DNA of 64,000 nucleotides from Hemiscyllium ocellatum (Eukaryota), in the NCBI RefSeq assembly GCF_020745735.1, contig NC_083445.1, positions 8,866,001 to 8,930,000 on the forward strand. The letters run 5' to 3'. The position numbers and the translations under genes were made by a program. Below the pieces are notes generated by a model. It had not been told where the DNA came from and did no database searches. It saw only the letters and a list, made by a program, of their open reading frames with translations. Below are positions 24,001 through 36,749 of this stretch, piece after piece. Within the stretch, counting starts at the first letter, position 1. The number at the start of each line of letters is the position of its first letter.

Positions 24001-27000
24001 TCCAAGATCACACTTAAAGTAGAGTGGGGAAGCAGAAACATCAGTCAGCTAACTGAGATGTTCTTTGATCAGTTTTGTTAAATGTTGCAGTTATCCATAT
24101 GTTATTTGTTGAGCAGCCAGTTTGATCATTTGACTGTATTTGCAATTTTAGATTTTTAATGTGGGTACTTTAATCAAGAAAGCAAAGCAGAATTAATGCA
24201 GTAAAGAAGAGATATTGGTTTGCAAACTAACCCAGTAAGCCAAAGTCCATGAAATAATTAAATGCAAATATTTTGGACCAGCTTGTCAATTAGGAATTGC
24301 ATTCATAAGCTCCAAAGCAATGGCCACACCGCAGAACAACATAATTTTTTTTTTAAATACTGCACTGGCGAATTCAGTTCCACTTGCACTGTCAGAAGAC
24401 ACATGCAAGGTAATTATATGCTTCTGTGCTAAAACAAACTTATGATTTGTTTTTCTAAAGTTGAAATAACTCATCCAATGGAAAAGGCTTTCAAGGAGGT
24501 ATAATGTTGTCAAATGGGGGTTTAATCCCAAAATTTTAGGTTTAGATTTTACTTGTCGTTATGAATAAGCAATGCCACATAACTGGCTAACACTTGTATC
24601 TGAAAAATATTTTATATTTCAGCAGTGAATTAGATTTACAGTGTGTTGATGTAAGAAACCTGCTAAGGATCTGTTGATGGGTTTGCAAGATCTCATTTTA
24701 GATGTCTGGCTAATTCAGGGCTGAAAAGATTTAAGTAACTATTGCTGGTTTATAAATTGGTAACACCCGCACAGTCGCTTTTGCCTTATAGGGAAGTATA
24801 AGGAATTGCCTACTTCCGCTGACAGTAGCTTGTGTACTGTATGTTAGAAATGCTTTGAGATGTTGACGTGGGAGATGCATTCTGTTGTGGAATGAGATCT
24901 AATTTCAGGATCCCTGTTTTATTACATAGTGGGCAGCATTGACATTGCAGCTCCAAGCGCTCGTGTAATGGTTGCAGTCTTCTGTCCCTTACCCCAGGTG
25001 GGAAAGCGGCGAGGTGGGGCAAAGCTAGCCCTCAAGACGGGAATGGTAGCCAAGAAACACAAGACTGAAGAGGAGGTAAGATTCAGTAGCCCTTTGACTA
25101 TAATCCTCTCTGCAGTCTGTCCTGAATTGTCTAAACTTCTGTGCATATGTACTGCTCATATCCATAAAGCATTTGAATGTATTCACTTCATTTTGAACCA
25201 GCCAATCTTCTCATTGGGATTATTACTTAAAAGAACACACATCCTCTGCAACCTTTGCGACTGCCCTTTATGTAAATTTAATGGTCATTAGGCTCTTCAC
25301 AACCCTGTACTGACCAAATCAAACTCTTATACTCCATAGAATTGTACAGTACAGTGACAGTATTTGTCTATTTTGCCTGTGCTGGCTCTTTGATAATGTT
25401 AACCAACTAAACTCAGCACTTTTCTGTTTCCCCATAGCAAACTTTTACCCTTAACTAGTTAACCAATTCCATTTGAATCTGTTTCTACCAGCTTTTCAAG
25501 TAATGTATTGTAAATCATAGCAATTCACTTTTTTCAAAAGTTCTGATGTCACCATAATTCTTTTGCTAATGTCAAATATTTTTCCTCTGCTTGCTGATTA
25601 TTACAGTGGAAACAGTTTCTCCTTATTTACTATATCCAGACTTATAATTTGAGCACGTGTACTGTTCTCTTACCTCCTGTATTCTAAGAACAATGCAAGT
25701 TTCTTCCCTCTATGCATATAATTGAAGTCCCACAGCCCTTTTACTTTCTGTCCATTTCCTACTGAGTTTTCCGATCTCAGCCAAGGATTACTGCAGTTAA
25801 CCTGGGCAACTCTGGATGTGGACAGATCAACAATTGATGTTCCATTATTAAATCCCTTTCAATGTTGCAAGATAAAAGGTAAGAACATAAAAAGTGCCAT
25901 CTTGGATGTGGTATCTGAAATAACTTCACAGAGACTGATATCCCATTACCAAGTCACCCTTTATTTACATGTGTGTAGTACTTGACACTGGCCTGGCTTC
26001 CTCAGAGCCAGCTCTGAGTGAGCAGAACCTCTGTCAGTCCTGTTTATATCTGTCATCCAGGGCTCCCAGATTGGACCAGGTTAACAGCTTCAGTCAGGGA
26101 ACTCATTCTACGAGGTTCACCTGGCTGACATTGTTACAATCACTACATTCTCCTCCCACTGATTCCGGGGGCGTAGGCTCTCTTGGGGCATTTTCACACC
26201 GGGTCCAGTTCCTCTAACTTAGCCTCGGGTACAGGTGCTATGTACCGGAACGTAGCCCACTTCTTGCGTTTGGAACATCTCTGAAGAAATTCACCCTTTT
26301 CGGGTGGTATAGCTGTCAAGGTTGTGACACCCACTGTGTCCATCTCCAACTTCGAGGTTTCGTCGATGCTAGACAGAGTGGAGAACCCACGGATTCTAAT
26401 AGCCTTTCTGGCTGTTCTGGGGGGCTGGGTATGTTTTCCTCCTGCCCCGTTTGTGAGTTTGCCACTTTCTTATGGTCTACATGCTTGTTCAGGACTGGCT
26501 CACCCACCCAAACTTAGTATTTTATGGCACCTGACCTCACATAGAACATGCCCCTCACTCGTGGGGCCATTTCCATGGTTTCGGCACCAGTCTTCATCCC
26601 CTGAAGTAAACTGTCTTTGTCACTTAGAGGTGTCCTGTGTCTGGCATTGGCGTTCCTGATGCCATGTGTGTCTCCCCCCCCCCCCCCCCCCCCCCCCCAT
26701 TGTCTAGGAAGACCTGATTTAACCTGGTGCAGAAGCCTTGTATTAGCAACTTTGCTGGAGCTATCCCGTAGTTGCATGATGAGTAGGCCAATAATCAAAT
26801 AGGAGCCAGGAAAGGTCGGTATCAAGTGAAGCTGTAGGCTGTTTCTTTAAGCCTGGCTTCAAAGCTTGAACTGTTCTTTCCACATGCTCGCAATGTTTGA
26901 ATTTCCTGCTGGTAAATATTGGTCTGTTGTCTGTGACCAACTCTCTCAACAGCCCGTATTGCAAAAGATGCTCACAGCTTTTCTGTTGTCGTCCCTGTGT

Positions 27001-28319
27001 TTAACAAATCAACACTAGGCATATCCAACCAGTTTGAGTGGGCATTCACAATGGCTAAGAATGTTGAGCCCATGAAAAGGCCTGGCATAATCAACATGTA
27101 ACCGAGTTCAGGGTTTACCCAGCCAGTATGGGGGAGCTACTAGTGGTAATTTTTGTCCTTGTTCACATTCTGGGCATTGACCCACCAATGCGGCAATGTC
27201 TGCATCCAATTCTCGCCATCAGACATAACTTCTCACCAACATCTTCATTTTTGACAATCCTGCATGTACCTGGTGGAGTTTAGCCAAGTATCTGGATCCA
27301 ACCTTTGCTTGGGACAATCATTCTTGCTCCCTATAATAAAATGCCAACCTCTATGGTGATCTGACTTTGCCAAGTCCAGGAAAGGTTCAGTTCTGGTTGT
27401 GATGGCCCTTTTGTTTCTCCCAACACCACCAGTTGTTTTAGTTTTGGCAAGATGGGATCTTTTTGTGCCCACAGCCTGATGTCAGCAGTGACCAGAAGCA
27501 TCCAGAAAGTTTAAAACCAGAACACACACTTCCAGTGGCAGCACCACTAGTGATGTATCTGCCAACAGGAGGCAGCTCAAGGCATCTGCCTTTGCTACTT
27601 GGCCTCCCAGACAGTGTTCCAACTGGTAATTGTATGCACTTAGAAAGAGATCCCACTACTGAATGCAACCTGAAACTATGGGCGGCACGGTCTTGTCCTC
27701 TTTGAGTAGCCCAGGGGTTTGTGGTCCGTTACTATTATGAATTTACATTTGTATTGGTAATGATGGGACTACCTCACACCAAGGATGACCTCCAAACCTT
27801 TCTTCTCTATCTGGGTGTATTTGCACTCTGCATCAGCCAAAATCCAGGAAACATATGCTATTAGTCATTCCTGTCTATTGGGCCATCACCTGATACCATA
27901 CAGGGAGGCATCTCATTTCAGCACCAGATCTGACTTGGGATCATAGTGTACCAACATCTTAGATGGTAGCTGCTTCTTCACTTCACGACAGCAACTTGGT
28001 GCATTCAAGAAAGGGAAGACAAAAATAAGTACAATTTGGCTTATTAAGTAGCCAGTGAATCCCTTCTGGCAACTAAACTGATTTTGAATCCAGAGCTTTT
28101 GTCAGTAATAGTGAAAGTTCAATCCTGTAGTTGCCACAATGCAATTTGTTGTTTCATGTTATATGAAATGCCCAATTCAACCTCTCATTCTTTTCTCCAT
28201 TTTATCTTCAGGCTGAAGCACGAGGTGGAGATGCATGGGCCAAATACATGGCAGAAGTGAAGAAATACAAAGCACATCAGTGCAGTGATGATGACAAAAC
28301 CCGGCCTCTTGTTAAATAG
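17764..28319 (+). CDS. TRIR: TRIR (C19orf43), telomerase RNA component interacting RNase, complete 3-exon CDS: join(17764-18039,24998-25075,28212-28319), 462 nt, 153 aa
   Basis: Family motifs GVNAFANDGSFMALFKKKMEEE, VGKRRGGAKLALKTGMVAKK and C-terminal GDAWAKYMAEVKKYKAHQCSDDDKTRPLVK*; GT-AG phase-0 introns. Confidence 0.96.
18168..18670 (+). repeat. Degenerate tandem repeat, ~6 units of ~85-105 bp, at the start of TRIR intron 1
   Basis: Recurring core ttgcctgaatttacagattgattc..ttcattcaacagtgttag near 18170, 18260, 18348, 18455, 18540 and 18635. Confidence 0.7.
18680..19078 (-). mobile_element. Young HER1/CR1 LINE 3' fragment
   Basis: Close reverse complement of 14430-14810. Confidence 0.92.
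20241..20330 (+). mobile_element. Penelope-derived terminal repeat with minimal hammerhead-like motif
   Basis: CTGATGA-a-GGGC tttt GCCC-GAAAC followed by the tail shared with the GIY-YIG element at 62400-63492. Confidence 0.8.
21363..21491 (+). mobile_element. Penelope-derived terminal repeat with minimal hammerhead-like motif
   Basis: CTGATGA-a-GGGC tctg GCCC-GAAACGTC; tail gatctccagcatctgcag..cacttt. Confidence 0.85.
23265..23850. mobile_element. Solo LTR (586 bp) in TRIR intron 1
   Basis: TGCGACGA...TCGTCACA termini (7/8 inverted repeat, TG..CA) flanked by 4-bp TSD ATAT (23261-23264, 23851-23854). Confidence 0.75.
24998..25075 (+). CDS. TRIR: TRIR exon 2 (VGKRRGGAKLALKTGMVAKKHKTEEE)
   Basis: Acceptor cttaccccAG, donor GAG|GTAAGA; 78 nt. 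Confidence 0.96.
25907..27990 (-). mobile_element. 5'-truncated, decayed Ty3/Gypsy LTR retrotransposon (RNase H plus integrase remnants, PPT, 3' LTR), antisense in TRIR intron 2
   Basis: RNase H remnants (LVHYDP, DAS.YG, Y.QIEKEGL, VTDHKPL); integrase RSYV.W...CPEC, RLHVDYA.PFMG, LVTDN.P.FTS, ERTVQ.LK with stops and frameshifts; PPT AGTGGGAGGAGAA 26160-26148; LTR TGTAGT...ACCACA 26147-25907. Confidence 0.93.
28212..28319 (+). CDS. TRIR: TRIR exon 3 coding part (AEARGGDAWAKYMAEVKKYKAHQCSDDDKTRPLVK*)
   Basis: Long polypyrimidine tract ending ttcAG; TAG at 28317-28319. Not in the ORF track. Confidence 0.96.
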   Translation, partial: AEARGGDAWAKYMAEVKKYKAHQCSDDDKTRPLVK

Positions 28320-30769
28320 CCAGATTTGCAAGCTTATGCAGCCAAGAACTGTATTATATTTTACAACCGTTAAGATCAAGTCCTCCACCCAATGCCCTCA
28401 CTGTACAGCCAGTATAAGATTTTTTCTTTTGACTGCCTGGAATATGTATTTATTTGGATTTGTGGTTTGAAGACAACACTTGCAAACAAAACTCCAACGC
28501 AATGTTTAATTTTCAACATTGAAATCCTGTCCGCTTTCAAAGTGTGATTGATAGTGTACAGTTTCCATATAGTTATGTCTCACACCCTGTTTCAATATAG
28601 AACATAGTTTCCAGACACTTTTAATCTTTATTTTTTATAAAATGCACGATAAAGCTTCAGTTGTCAGTAAAAAAGAGTCCATGCATATTTACTCTTATGT
28701 GCCTGCAGTTATTAATTACAAAACTGTAGCAAGTTTTTGAAACTTGTACACAATATTGTACATCTAACTGGCCCTTGTTGCTAAGTTGGCTCGAATTGTA
28801 GGGCTGGTTTGATCAATGACTGGTCAGGCACCTCCATACATCTGTGTTGGAAGGAGCCCATTGCCTGATTGGTGCTGGTGAGGTATTCACATTTATGATC
28901 AGAATTATGACATTACTAGCATTAAGAGCTGAACTGTAAGAGGCAGTAGTGGGACTTGTTTCTCATAGTCTGTTTGCTACAGCATTTGCATTGCTGAAGA
29001 CCAATGATTTCCTGTGTTTCTTCATGAGAATGAGCTTATCCAGAAGGACAAAAGTTGCAGTTGTGACCACTGCTGTGCCTCAAATGAGTATTTGGATGGG
29101 GCAGCCAATGTGTGGGATTCCCCATAAAGAACTTAAAGTGGGAGCGGGCAATGAGGATTCAATCAGTGAGCCCAGAAACTGGGATGGGATGAGAAAATGT
29201 TTCTCAAGTTCACAAAACTACCTCAGATGTATCAGTGAAACATTATTACAAAGCTCTTGTTACAATCTACCCAGTTGAGTTTTCACTTTGTTTGTAATGT
29301 TTCTCTTTCGGCAGTGCTAGTGAGATGTCGCTTCTTGTCTGCTGTTTGAATTTCCCTTTCCTATTAGTGAGCAGTGAAGAGATCATTTCTTCCTCCATGA
29401 GCAGAATAAGAAGGTCAGATTGGAAAGCAGAAGATTTGATAAAATAGAACCTCTGGGCCACAGTGGTGGCTGCTGTCTGCTGACAACAGCAGGAGCAGAA
29501 TTAGAAGCTCAACGCAGCCTGCATCTTAAATGTTGCAAAAAAAGGTCTGCTATATGGTCCCTGTCTTTCCTTCAGAGTAATGCAGAGCTCTCACTTCGCC
29601 TGAAGCACAAATCTCTGCTGGATTTCCATAGGACTGTTACTGCAAACGTCTGATTTGTATAGGATTTATCTGTCATATCAATTACACTTTCTAGAAATGG
29701 AATGAGATGGAAGTTAAATGGGACAAAGGTAGATGAAGTAAAGTAGAACTAGATCATAGAATATTTGATGGCATTGCCTTTAACAAATTAATAATTTTGA
29801 TATTTAAATTTCCCTTTTGAGTAATGCCTCTTGTTCCTCAGTCTCTCTGGATGTGCCTTTTGTTATTTCCAGATTTCACCACCCTTTATGGCTGGTCGTT
29901 ATTTAGTGAGAGAGATTCCCAGGCGCATTGTAACCCAACTTGATATTTTCCAAATCTTATAGGCTCACTTATTGAAATAGTTTGTATTATGGATTGTGGG
30001 GGCAACAAAGACTGACTGATTTGGAGATTTGAGTTGTCATTCATCTTTTCTGTGCAATGTGCTGCTAGTTTAAATATCTGACACTAAAAGCAGAAGTTCC
30101 CTGATGACTTGGATGGGGATTCAGCGACCCAAGCCAGGAAGTTCATCCTGGACTTTGCTGCGTTAGCTTCTTTCAGGTGTATTGGTGAGTATGTGGAGCT
30201 GGGAAATTCATCTGCGGGTTCCTGCTCCTGGTCACTGTCTTAGCTGCCTCCACTGAAAGATTTGGATGTTGCCAAGAATGTTAGCAATTCATTTCATCGT
30301 CAAGTAGCCAGAACTGCTGTGTACACTTATGAAACATGGATGATATATTGGAGGTCTCACTAGTGTTTATAGAAAGTTGCCACTTACTGGAGGAAGGGCA
30401 AATAGACTAACACGAGCACTTTTGTTTGAAGGATTTTGAGATTTTTGTTTTTCAAACTTACTTGAGGTATAGGGACCAAGATGCACTTAAGATCAAATTA
30501 AACCGTAGTCATTCACCCTGTAAATAGCGCAGCAATTGAAGAGTTGAGCAATCTTATGGCTTTGCTGGCCATGATAGAGTTGTCTTCAGCTCTTCCTGAG
30601 TTACAGAGAATGAAATCTGGTATAGTTCCCACTTCCATTACATGTGCGGAGGTTGAGATTTAACTGATGCTCTGCTAGTTGAATGGCCTGCTGCTATCAG
30701 ACTGATTTTGTGAAGTTATTTGGGTTCGTTACTAGAGTGTGCCAAACCCAATGGAATCGTAACCAATCT

Positions 30770-31150
30770 TGAGTGTCAGTCCTAACTCCGTGAGACACTT
30801 GCACTACTGAGTTAGGGTCTAGCTCAAAGCCTCACTCCAGAGATTTGAGCGAACAGAACTGTACATACATACTTGACTGTTTAGATTGAGGAATTGCTGC
30901 ACTGTCAGAGATGCTGTCTTTTGGATGAGATTTAAACCAAGGCCCTGCTGTGTTGGGTGACCACTTTTTGGAAAGAAGAGCAATGAAGCTCTGGTGTTTT
31001 GACTAACATTCACCCAAACCAATAGAAGAAACTGACTATTTGGTTGTTTATCTTATTAGAGAACCTTGCAGTTTGCAAATTGGCTGTGAACTGAGTTAGC
31101 ACATACTGAGCTGTAAGTCCCAATGTAAATGTATAGGAAAAGAAAATAGT
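30770..31150 (+). mobile_element. Ancient DeuSINE-type (SacSINE1/AmnSINE1-related) relic
   Basis: Deu-domain-like gctgcactgtcagagatgctgtcttttggatgagatttaaaccaaggccc; weaker similar relics near 6850, 53460 and 59830. Confidence 0.6.
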
Positions 31151-31929
31151 TCTTTCAAAGTCAAATTTAGGGTAAGGGGATTGAATCTTAACTTCCTCAT
31201 TATGTATAAATATCTGTGATTAATTGAATCAATAAGGGGTTCTGGAAGTTCATTGGAGTTAAATAGTCACAGTTACTCCATTAAATGGTATTGGTCATGC
31301 CAGACTGGGTGTAAGAGTTGGAGTGGAGAAAGGGTGTATTCTCGACCGCTAGTTTGGTTTGACTAGAAGGAAAAATAAAACCGCAGTAGCCAGCTCATTA
31401 GTTTGACCAATGGTTTTTTTTTACTGATGTTTTAAGTATTTGCTTTCTAAAGTCAAATAGCATATGATGATATATAAAGCAAGTTAACGGTGGTTGTGTC
31501 TGATAACCATTGGTGTACGTGTCTAATATCTAATGTATTGGTGACACTTCTCAGTGCCATGCTATGTTTTGCATGCAAAGTAGCCTTTCAAAATAAAAGG
31601 AAAAGCCAGTCACTTCACACTGGACTCTTCTGCCTGAAAACCTGATATCACAAGCATTTTCCCAATCTGCAATGTCCCCTCACCAATGTACAAACGTTGA
31701 CCTCTAGATACTTATAACCATGAATTGTCACTTTGTGCCTACACCCTGTGTTATTTGACTCCTGGTACCGTTCTGCATTAGCATTAACTCATTTTGGATC
31801 TGATAAACTCATTGCTGACATTTCTCATAATTTTTGTACAGCACCGTTTTTGTGCATTAGGACTGATCAGAAATTGATGGAAGATTGACTTCTTCCCAAC
31901 TAATTGTGGTGAATTGAACATGGCAGCGA

Positions 31930-32092
31930 GTCAGCAGGTCATGCAGCATCCGAGCAGCAGGAATGAGAGGCTGATGAAGACTGCCCGAAACGTCGATTCT
32001 CCTGCCCCTCGGATGCTGCATGACCCGCTGTGCTTTTCCAGCACCACACACTCTCGACTCTGATCTCCAGCATCTGCAGTCCTCGCTTTCTC
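31930..32092 (+). mobile_element. Penelope-derived terminal repeat with short inverted 5' copy
   Basis: 31930-31963 is the reverse complement of 31996-32030; ctgatgaag...gcccgaaacgtcg core. Confidence 0.8.
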
Positions 32093-33909
32093 CATGGCAG
32101 CAAGTCAACCAGGTGTTTAGCTGTTGAGCGTTCTCCACCGACTCTTGTACATTCATCGCAGTTGACAAGCCTTTAGATGTTACATGTATAAGTAACAACT
32201 AAGGTGAGCAGATTTTTTTTTATAGTAAGGAGCTTTTCACTTTGGTATCATCTGCTGTCCAAGCAGCTCCACTTTCCAACAAGAATTCGCTGGGATATCA
32301 TCAGTGGAATTTCCTGTTGAGAAGTTAGATGGTGTAAACCTGGTAACTAGCAGCGGTTGGGAGACATATGTTCAGTTACACTGGTTGGGTTAGTGGCGTC
32401 TAGCCTCTATACCAGTGCTTCCGAAACTTGTATTTTCCGCTGTGACCCCATATTGAGGTTTCAGCCTCTGAGAATGAGGGTCTGTAAGAGCGGGAGCATG
32501 GCTGTGATAATTCCTTTAGTTGTGCCCAATGTGGGGTCCAGTCTCCTATGTATTTTTTGAGGCGGGGAGGACCTGCCCTTATACTTTTCAATTTTATTTT
32601 GACCTTTTGATAATCCAGAATCCACCCAACCCAGTCTCCACTACTGTGTAAGGAAGATAATTCCATAGACCCAACACAGAGAGAAGGAAACAGCAACTGA
32701 TTATGGCCTCTCTACCATCCCCGAGTGATGGGAACAAGATCCAGCAATGGCACAGCTCATCAATTCAGACTTACTAATCACTTTTGTTGAACTATTGTTT
32801 ATTCCTACAGCGACAAAATATAACATTAAAATTGTACAGTGGTCAAAAACTGAATGGAAGGCAATAACTCAACCAGATTGAGGTTACCTTGAACTTAAAC
32901 TGGTCATTTCCACTCGACATCGTTTCATTGTGCAGTCTACAGCCGCAATTTAGTCATTTTTCAGGTACTGAACATAAATCAAGTTTTTTTGCAGTTCACT
33001 GAATAAAGTATCATAAAGAGCTTTCGAGTGTTACTATTATCACTTTCCAATGCATCCGGATCCTACACCAGGGCAAGACTCCTCTTGATAGTATTGTAGG
33101 CAAGTAACTCCTGGCTCGAATGTAGTTAGGGATGTTGGGTATCAAAATCAGACTGGAATGATCCTTAACCATAAGTTTTTCAGTAGAATCTTCGTTGTTA
33201 ACTATTGAAATCCCAGTAAGGGTCTGAGAAACTTGCAGCATCTATCAAGGCCCCGAATTAGGCGGTAAAATACGAGTTATCTTTGAGATAAACCAGTTGT
33301 CATTCGTTCTGTTCCGTTTGCATGCAGAAATTGTGAACTTTATCAAGAACTAGACTAGTTTCGTGCACTGAAACCAATCACCACTACCACTCCAGTAGAG
33401 TGAGAAAAGAGCTGCAGAATTTAACATTGACTTTGAACCTTTTCGGAATAATGTATGAAAAGTAACTGAAACTAATTCACAGTTTAGAGACGTGATGTGA
33501 GAGGATAACAGGACAAATTATAGTTTAGTTACATTGAGCTCTACTGGCTTTGGTATCAACTGATTAAGATGGGACACTCAGGCAGGTAATCATATGTTGA
33601 AGCGCCCATTCTGAATAATTAAGAATCAAAACAGAAATTGAATTAAATCTCAGCACGTTTGATAGCATCTGTGGAGAGAAAATATAGTTGATATTGCGGG
33701 TACAGTGACCCATCTTCAGAACTGATTGAAGCTAGAGAAAGGTAGGCATTCGTGCTGAAGGTGGGTAGGGGAAGGAATAAATGATAGAGATCGAGTAGTT
33801 GGAGAGAGAACAGCGATTAGGCAAAGTAATAGGTAATGATCAGCCTGGGAGAATCAATAGCTGTTAATGGGGACCATTAATTGCTGATAACGGGTTATTT
33901 GTGATAGCA

Positions 33910-34075
33910 GGGAGAAAGTGAGCAGTGGTGGTGCTGGAAAAGCACAGCAGGTCAGGCCGCACCCGAGGAGCAGGAGAATCGACATTTCAGGCATAAGCTG
34001 ATGAAGGGCTTACGCCCGTAACATCGATTCTCCTCCTCGGATGACCTGCTGTGCTTTTCCAACACCACACTCTCA
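33910..34075. mobile_element. Head-to-head inverted pair of Penelope-derived terminal repeats
   Basis: Minus copy 33910-33997 abuts plus copy starting CTGATGAAGGGCTTACGCCC at 33998. Confidence 0.8.
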
Positions 34076-36749
34076 ACACGATTTGTGACAGCAAGCTGCG
34101 TCATGACAAGGTCTGCTGTGTAGGGGTCGGGGTAAGGATATGGAAGACGGTGGCCAGACCCTAAAATTATTGACCTAGAAATTGAGTCCAGCAATTTCTG
34201 CTTTTGTTTCTGATGTCTAGCATCGGCAGTCTTTGGTTTATCTAAATAATTAAGAGCAATGCAAATCTCGCCAGAATTATACTGGGGCCAGCTCATTATA
34301 ATTACATTGAAGCAAAATGCTGGAGATCACTAAATCTGTCGAGAGAAAAATAGTTAACGTTTCGAGTCTGATATGACTTTTCCTCGCCATGATTATAGTG
34401 TGTTCCAGAGTGCAAGACAGAACAAGATGGAAATGGAAAGTTACTCACAAGGAAATTCTAAAGGTGTCTTGCTAGTAAATGGACATTGGCAATGGAGGAG
34501 ACAGAAGTCCTCATGGTTTGCTTGAAGGATATGTTATTAGCGTGGTTAAGTTACTAGACTGGTACCCAGAGGTTTGGATTAATGAATTGAAATGTATTTC
34601 AATCCCAGTTTACAGCAGCCAGTGAATTTACATTCAATTAATTAAATTTGAAATAAAAGGTATTGTCACTGTGACCATAAAACTACTAGATTGCCATTAG
34701 AAACTCATCTGATTAGTTATGGAAGAGTTGTCTCCAATTCATTTAAGTAGGTAAAAACAATGACTGCAAATGCTGGAAACCAGATTCTGGATTAGTGGTG
34801 CTACTTGACCTCTGGATTGCTCAACCCAGTAACATGACTACTGTATTACTGTTCAATGTGCACAAACTTACTGCAGCAAGTTGCCACTATGTCTGACTTC
34901 CATGTTAATGAGACCAGAACAGCTCTAACATAGCTCTAGCTCCAGAAAATGAGGTCTACCCCATCGGCAGTACTAATCCTGATGGTAAAAGGAGATGTCA
35001 TAAAGGGAAACAAGCCACACCTATGCAATGCTAATAGTTGACTCCTTGAGACATCATTCTGATGAACTCACACTGTTCCAAAGCCTCATTCTTGAGAGAT
35101 CAAACGTTCAGCACTTAATGCAGTACCCCAGATAGGTTCAATAGGCCATATCCAGAAGGCACTGTTTAAAATAAAGTATTGCTCATTTAAAACCGAGCTA
35201 AGGAGACATTTCTCACACAGGTTCCTGAGTGTCTGGAACATTCATCCTAAAACGGTGGTGGAAATAGAGTTCTTAAGTATCTTTAAGGCAGACTAGATGG
35301 ATTACTGATAAGCAATAGTGTGAAAACGTATCAAGTGTAGACAGGAATGTGAAGTAGTCAAATCAGGCATAGTCTTACTGAATGATACAGCACCCTCAAG
35401 GGACTGAGTAGCCTAATCCTAATTTGTATGTCCAACCGGAACATCATTTCCTCACTTATAACCCTAAACAAATTCACTCAGGGTATGTGGGCATAACTGG
35501 CTGGCTTACATTTATTGCCCATCTCTATTTGCCCTTGAAGGGGGTGGTGAGTTGCCTTTTTGAACTGCTGCAGTCCGCTTGGTGATGGTATGTCACCAAA
35601 GTCGTTGCAGAGGGTGTTCCAGGATTTTGATCCAGCAACAGGAAGGAAGAATGATATATTTCCATATCTGGCTTGTGGATACCTTGGCACTTGAAGGTGG
35701 TGTTCCTATATAGCTGTTGTCCTCGTCCTTCCAGGTGGAAGTGTTCCTAAGTTTGAAATGTGCCATTAAAGAAGCTTTGCTGCATCTCTGCAATGCTTTT
35801 TGTGGATAGAACACACTAAACAGCAATAGTGAAGGGAGTGTGTGAACCAAGTAGACTGCTATATTCTGGATGGTATCAAGCTTCTTATGCCTTATCAATA
35901 ATTAACAGACATTGGGAAAGCAAGAGATGAGTTGCTTACTGCAAAACGCTTAGCTTCTATCCTTTTATACCTACAGTATTTGTCTGACTAGTCTAATATT
36001 CTGTTAGCCTTTTTGGTTACCTTTTTATCCGTTCACTAACTTCATTGACTGGTTTACTTTGGAACCCTAAACTCCTCCACAGCTCCCTAGACCCTCATCA
36101 GTAAACAAATACAATTTCACTTGGTCTTTCCTAGATTTTAGTGGAGATCAGTTACCCATGTCATTTCCATTTCTCATAATTTAATCAATGCCCCTTTCTA
36201 ATTTATTTATCCTCCCATCTGTCCAATTTTAATGCATCTACATAACCTTTTCTTCATTTTTTAAAAATATTTGTTAGTCTTGCACCTTTTTATTACCTTT
36301 CTGCTTCTTACTGATTTCTTAGTCTGAACATCCATTTTTGTTGGCATTTGTGTAACTTCTCCTTTAGATTGAAACTCTCTTACCTTGTTTGTTGAACATG
36401 CTTCTGAAACTATTTCCTCAAAACTGCACTGAAGTGCTAACCAAAACATGTTTTGCTTTCTAGAGTTTAGCTATTTTTCTTGGGTGCATCATAAGGGTTC
36501 AACAACAGCATGTCATCACAATTTTTGAGTGGTCATCCTCTCTGATCCAACACTGTTCTACTGGATACAGACAGCAAGATGCTAAACATGAGCTGTAAGT
36601 GTTTTGTGCTGACAATTGGTACCTGAAATCCAACATGCTCAATCATGGAATACAAGGGAAGCTCTATTTTTGATATTTTAATTAACTTGTTCAGCTATGT
36701 TACACAATGAGAAGCAAGTGGGACTTGAACACAGGCCTTTCACCCCATA

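Noticed and set aside
26675-26698. Long poly-C tract (also near 17673-17689)
   Set aside because: Simple homopolymer; G4 potential is generic and length is unreliable in assemblies.
30099-30145. CTGATGA-CTTGG...CCAAG hairpin as a hammerhead or SECIS
   Set aside because: No GAAA after the stem and no 3' GA of a SECIS quartet; none of the three genes has an in-frame UGA.
30170-30192. tttcAG-gtgtattg-GTGAGT as an 8-nt microexon
   Set aside because: Lies downstream of the TRIR stop with no partner exons; likely chance.
32200-33600. Unique-looking intergenic stretch with a hAT-like cagtgcttccgaaact end near 32413
   Set aside because: No matching opposite TIR, TSD or coding signal found by eye.
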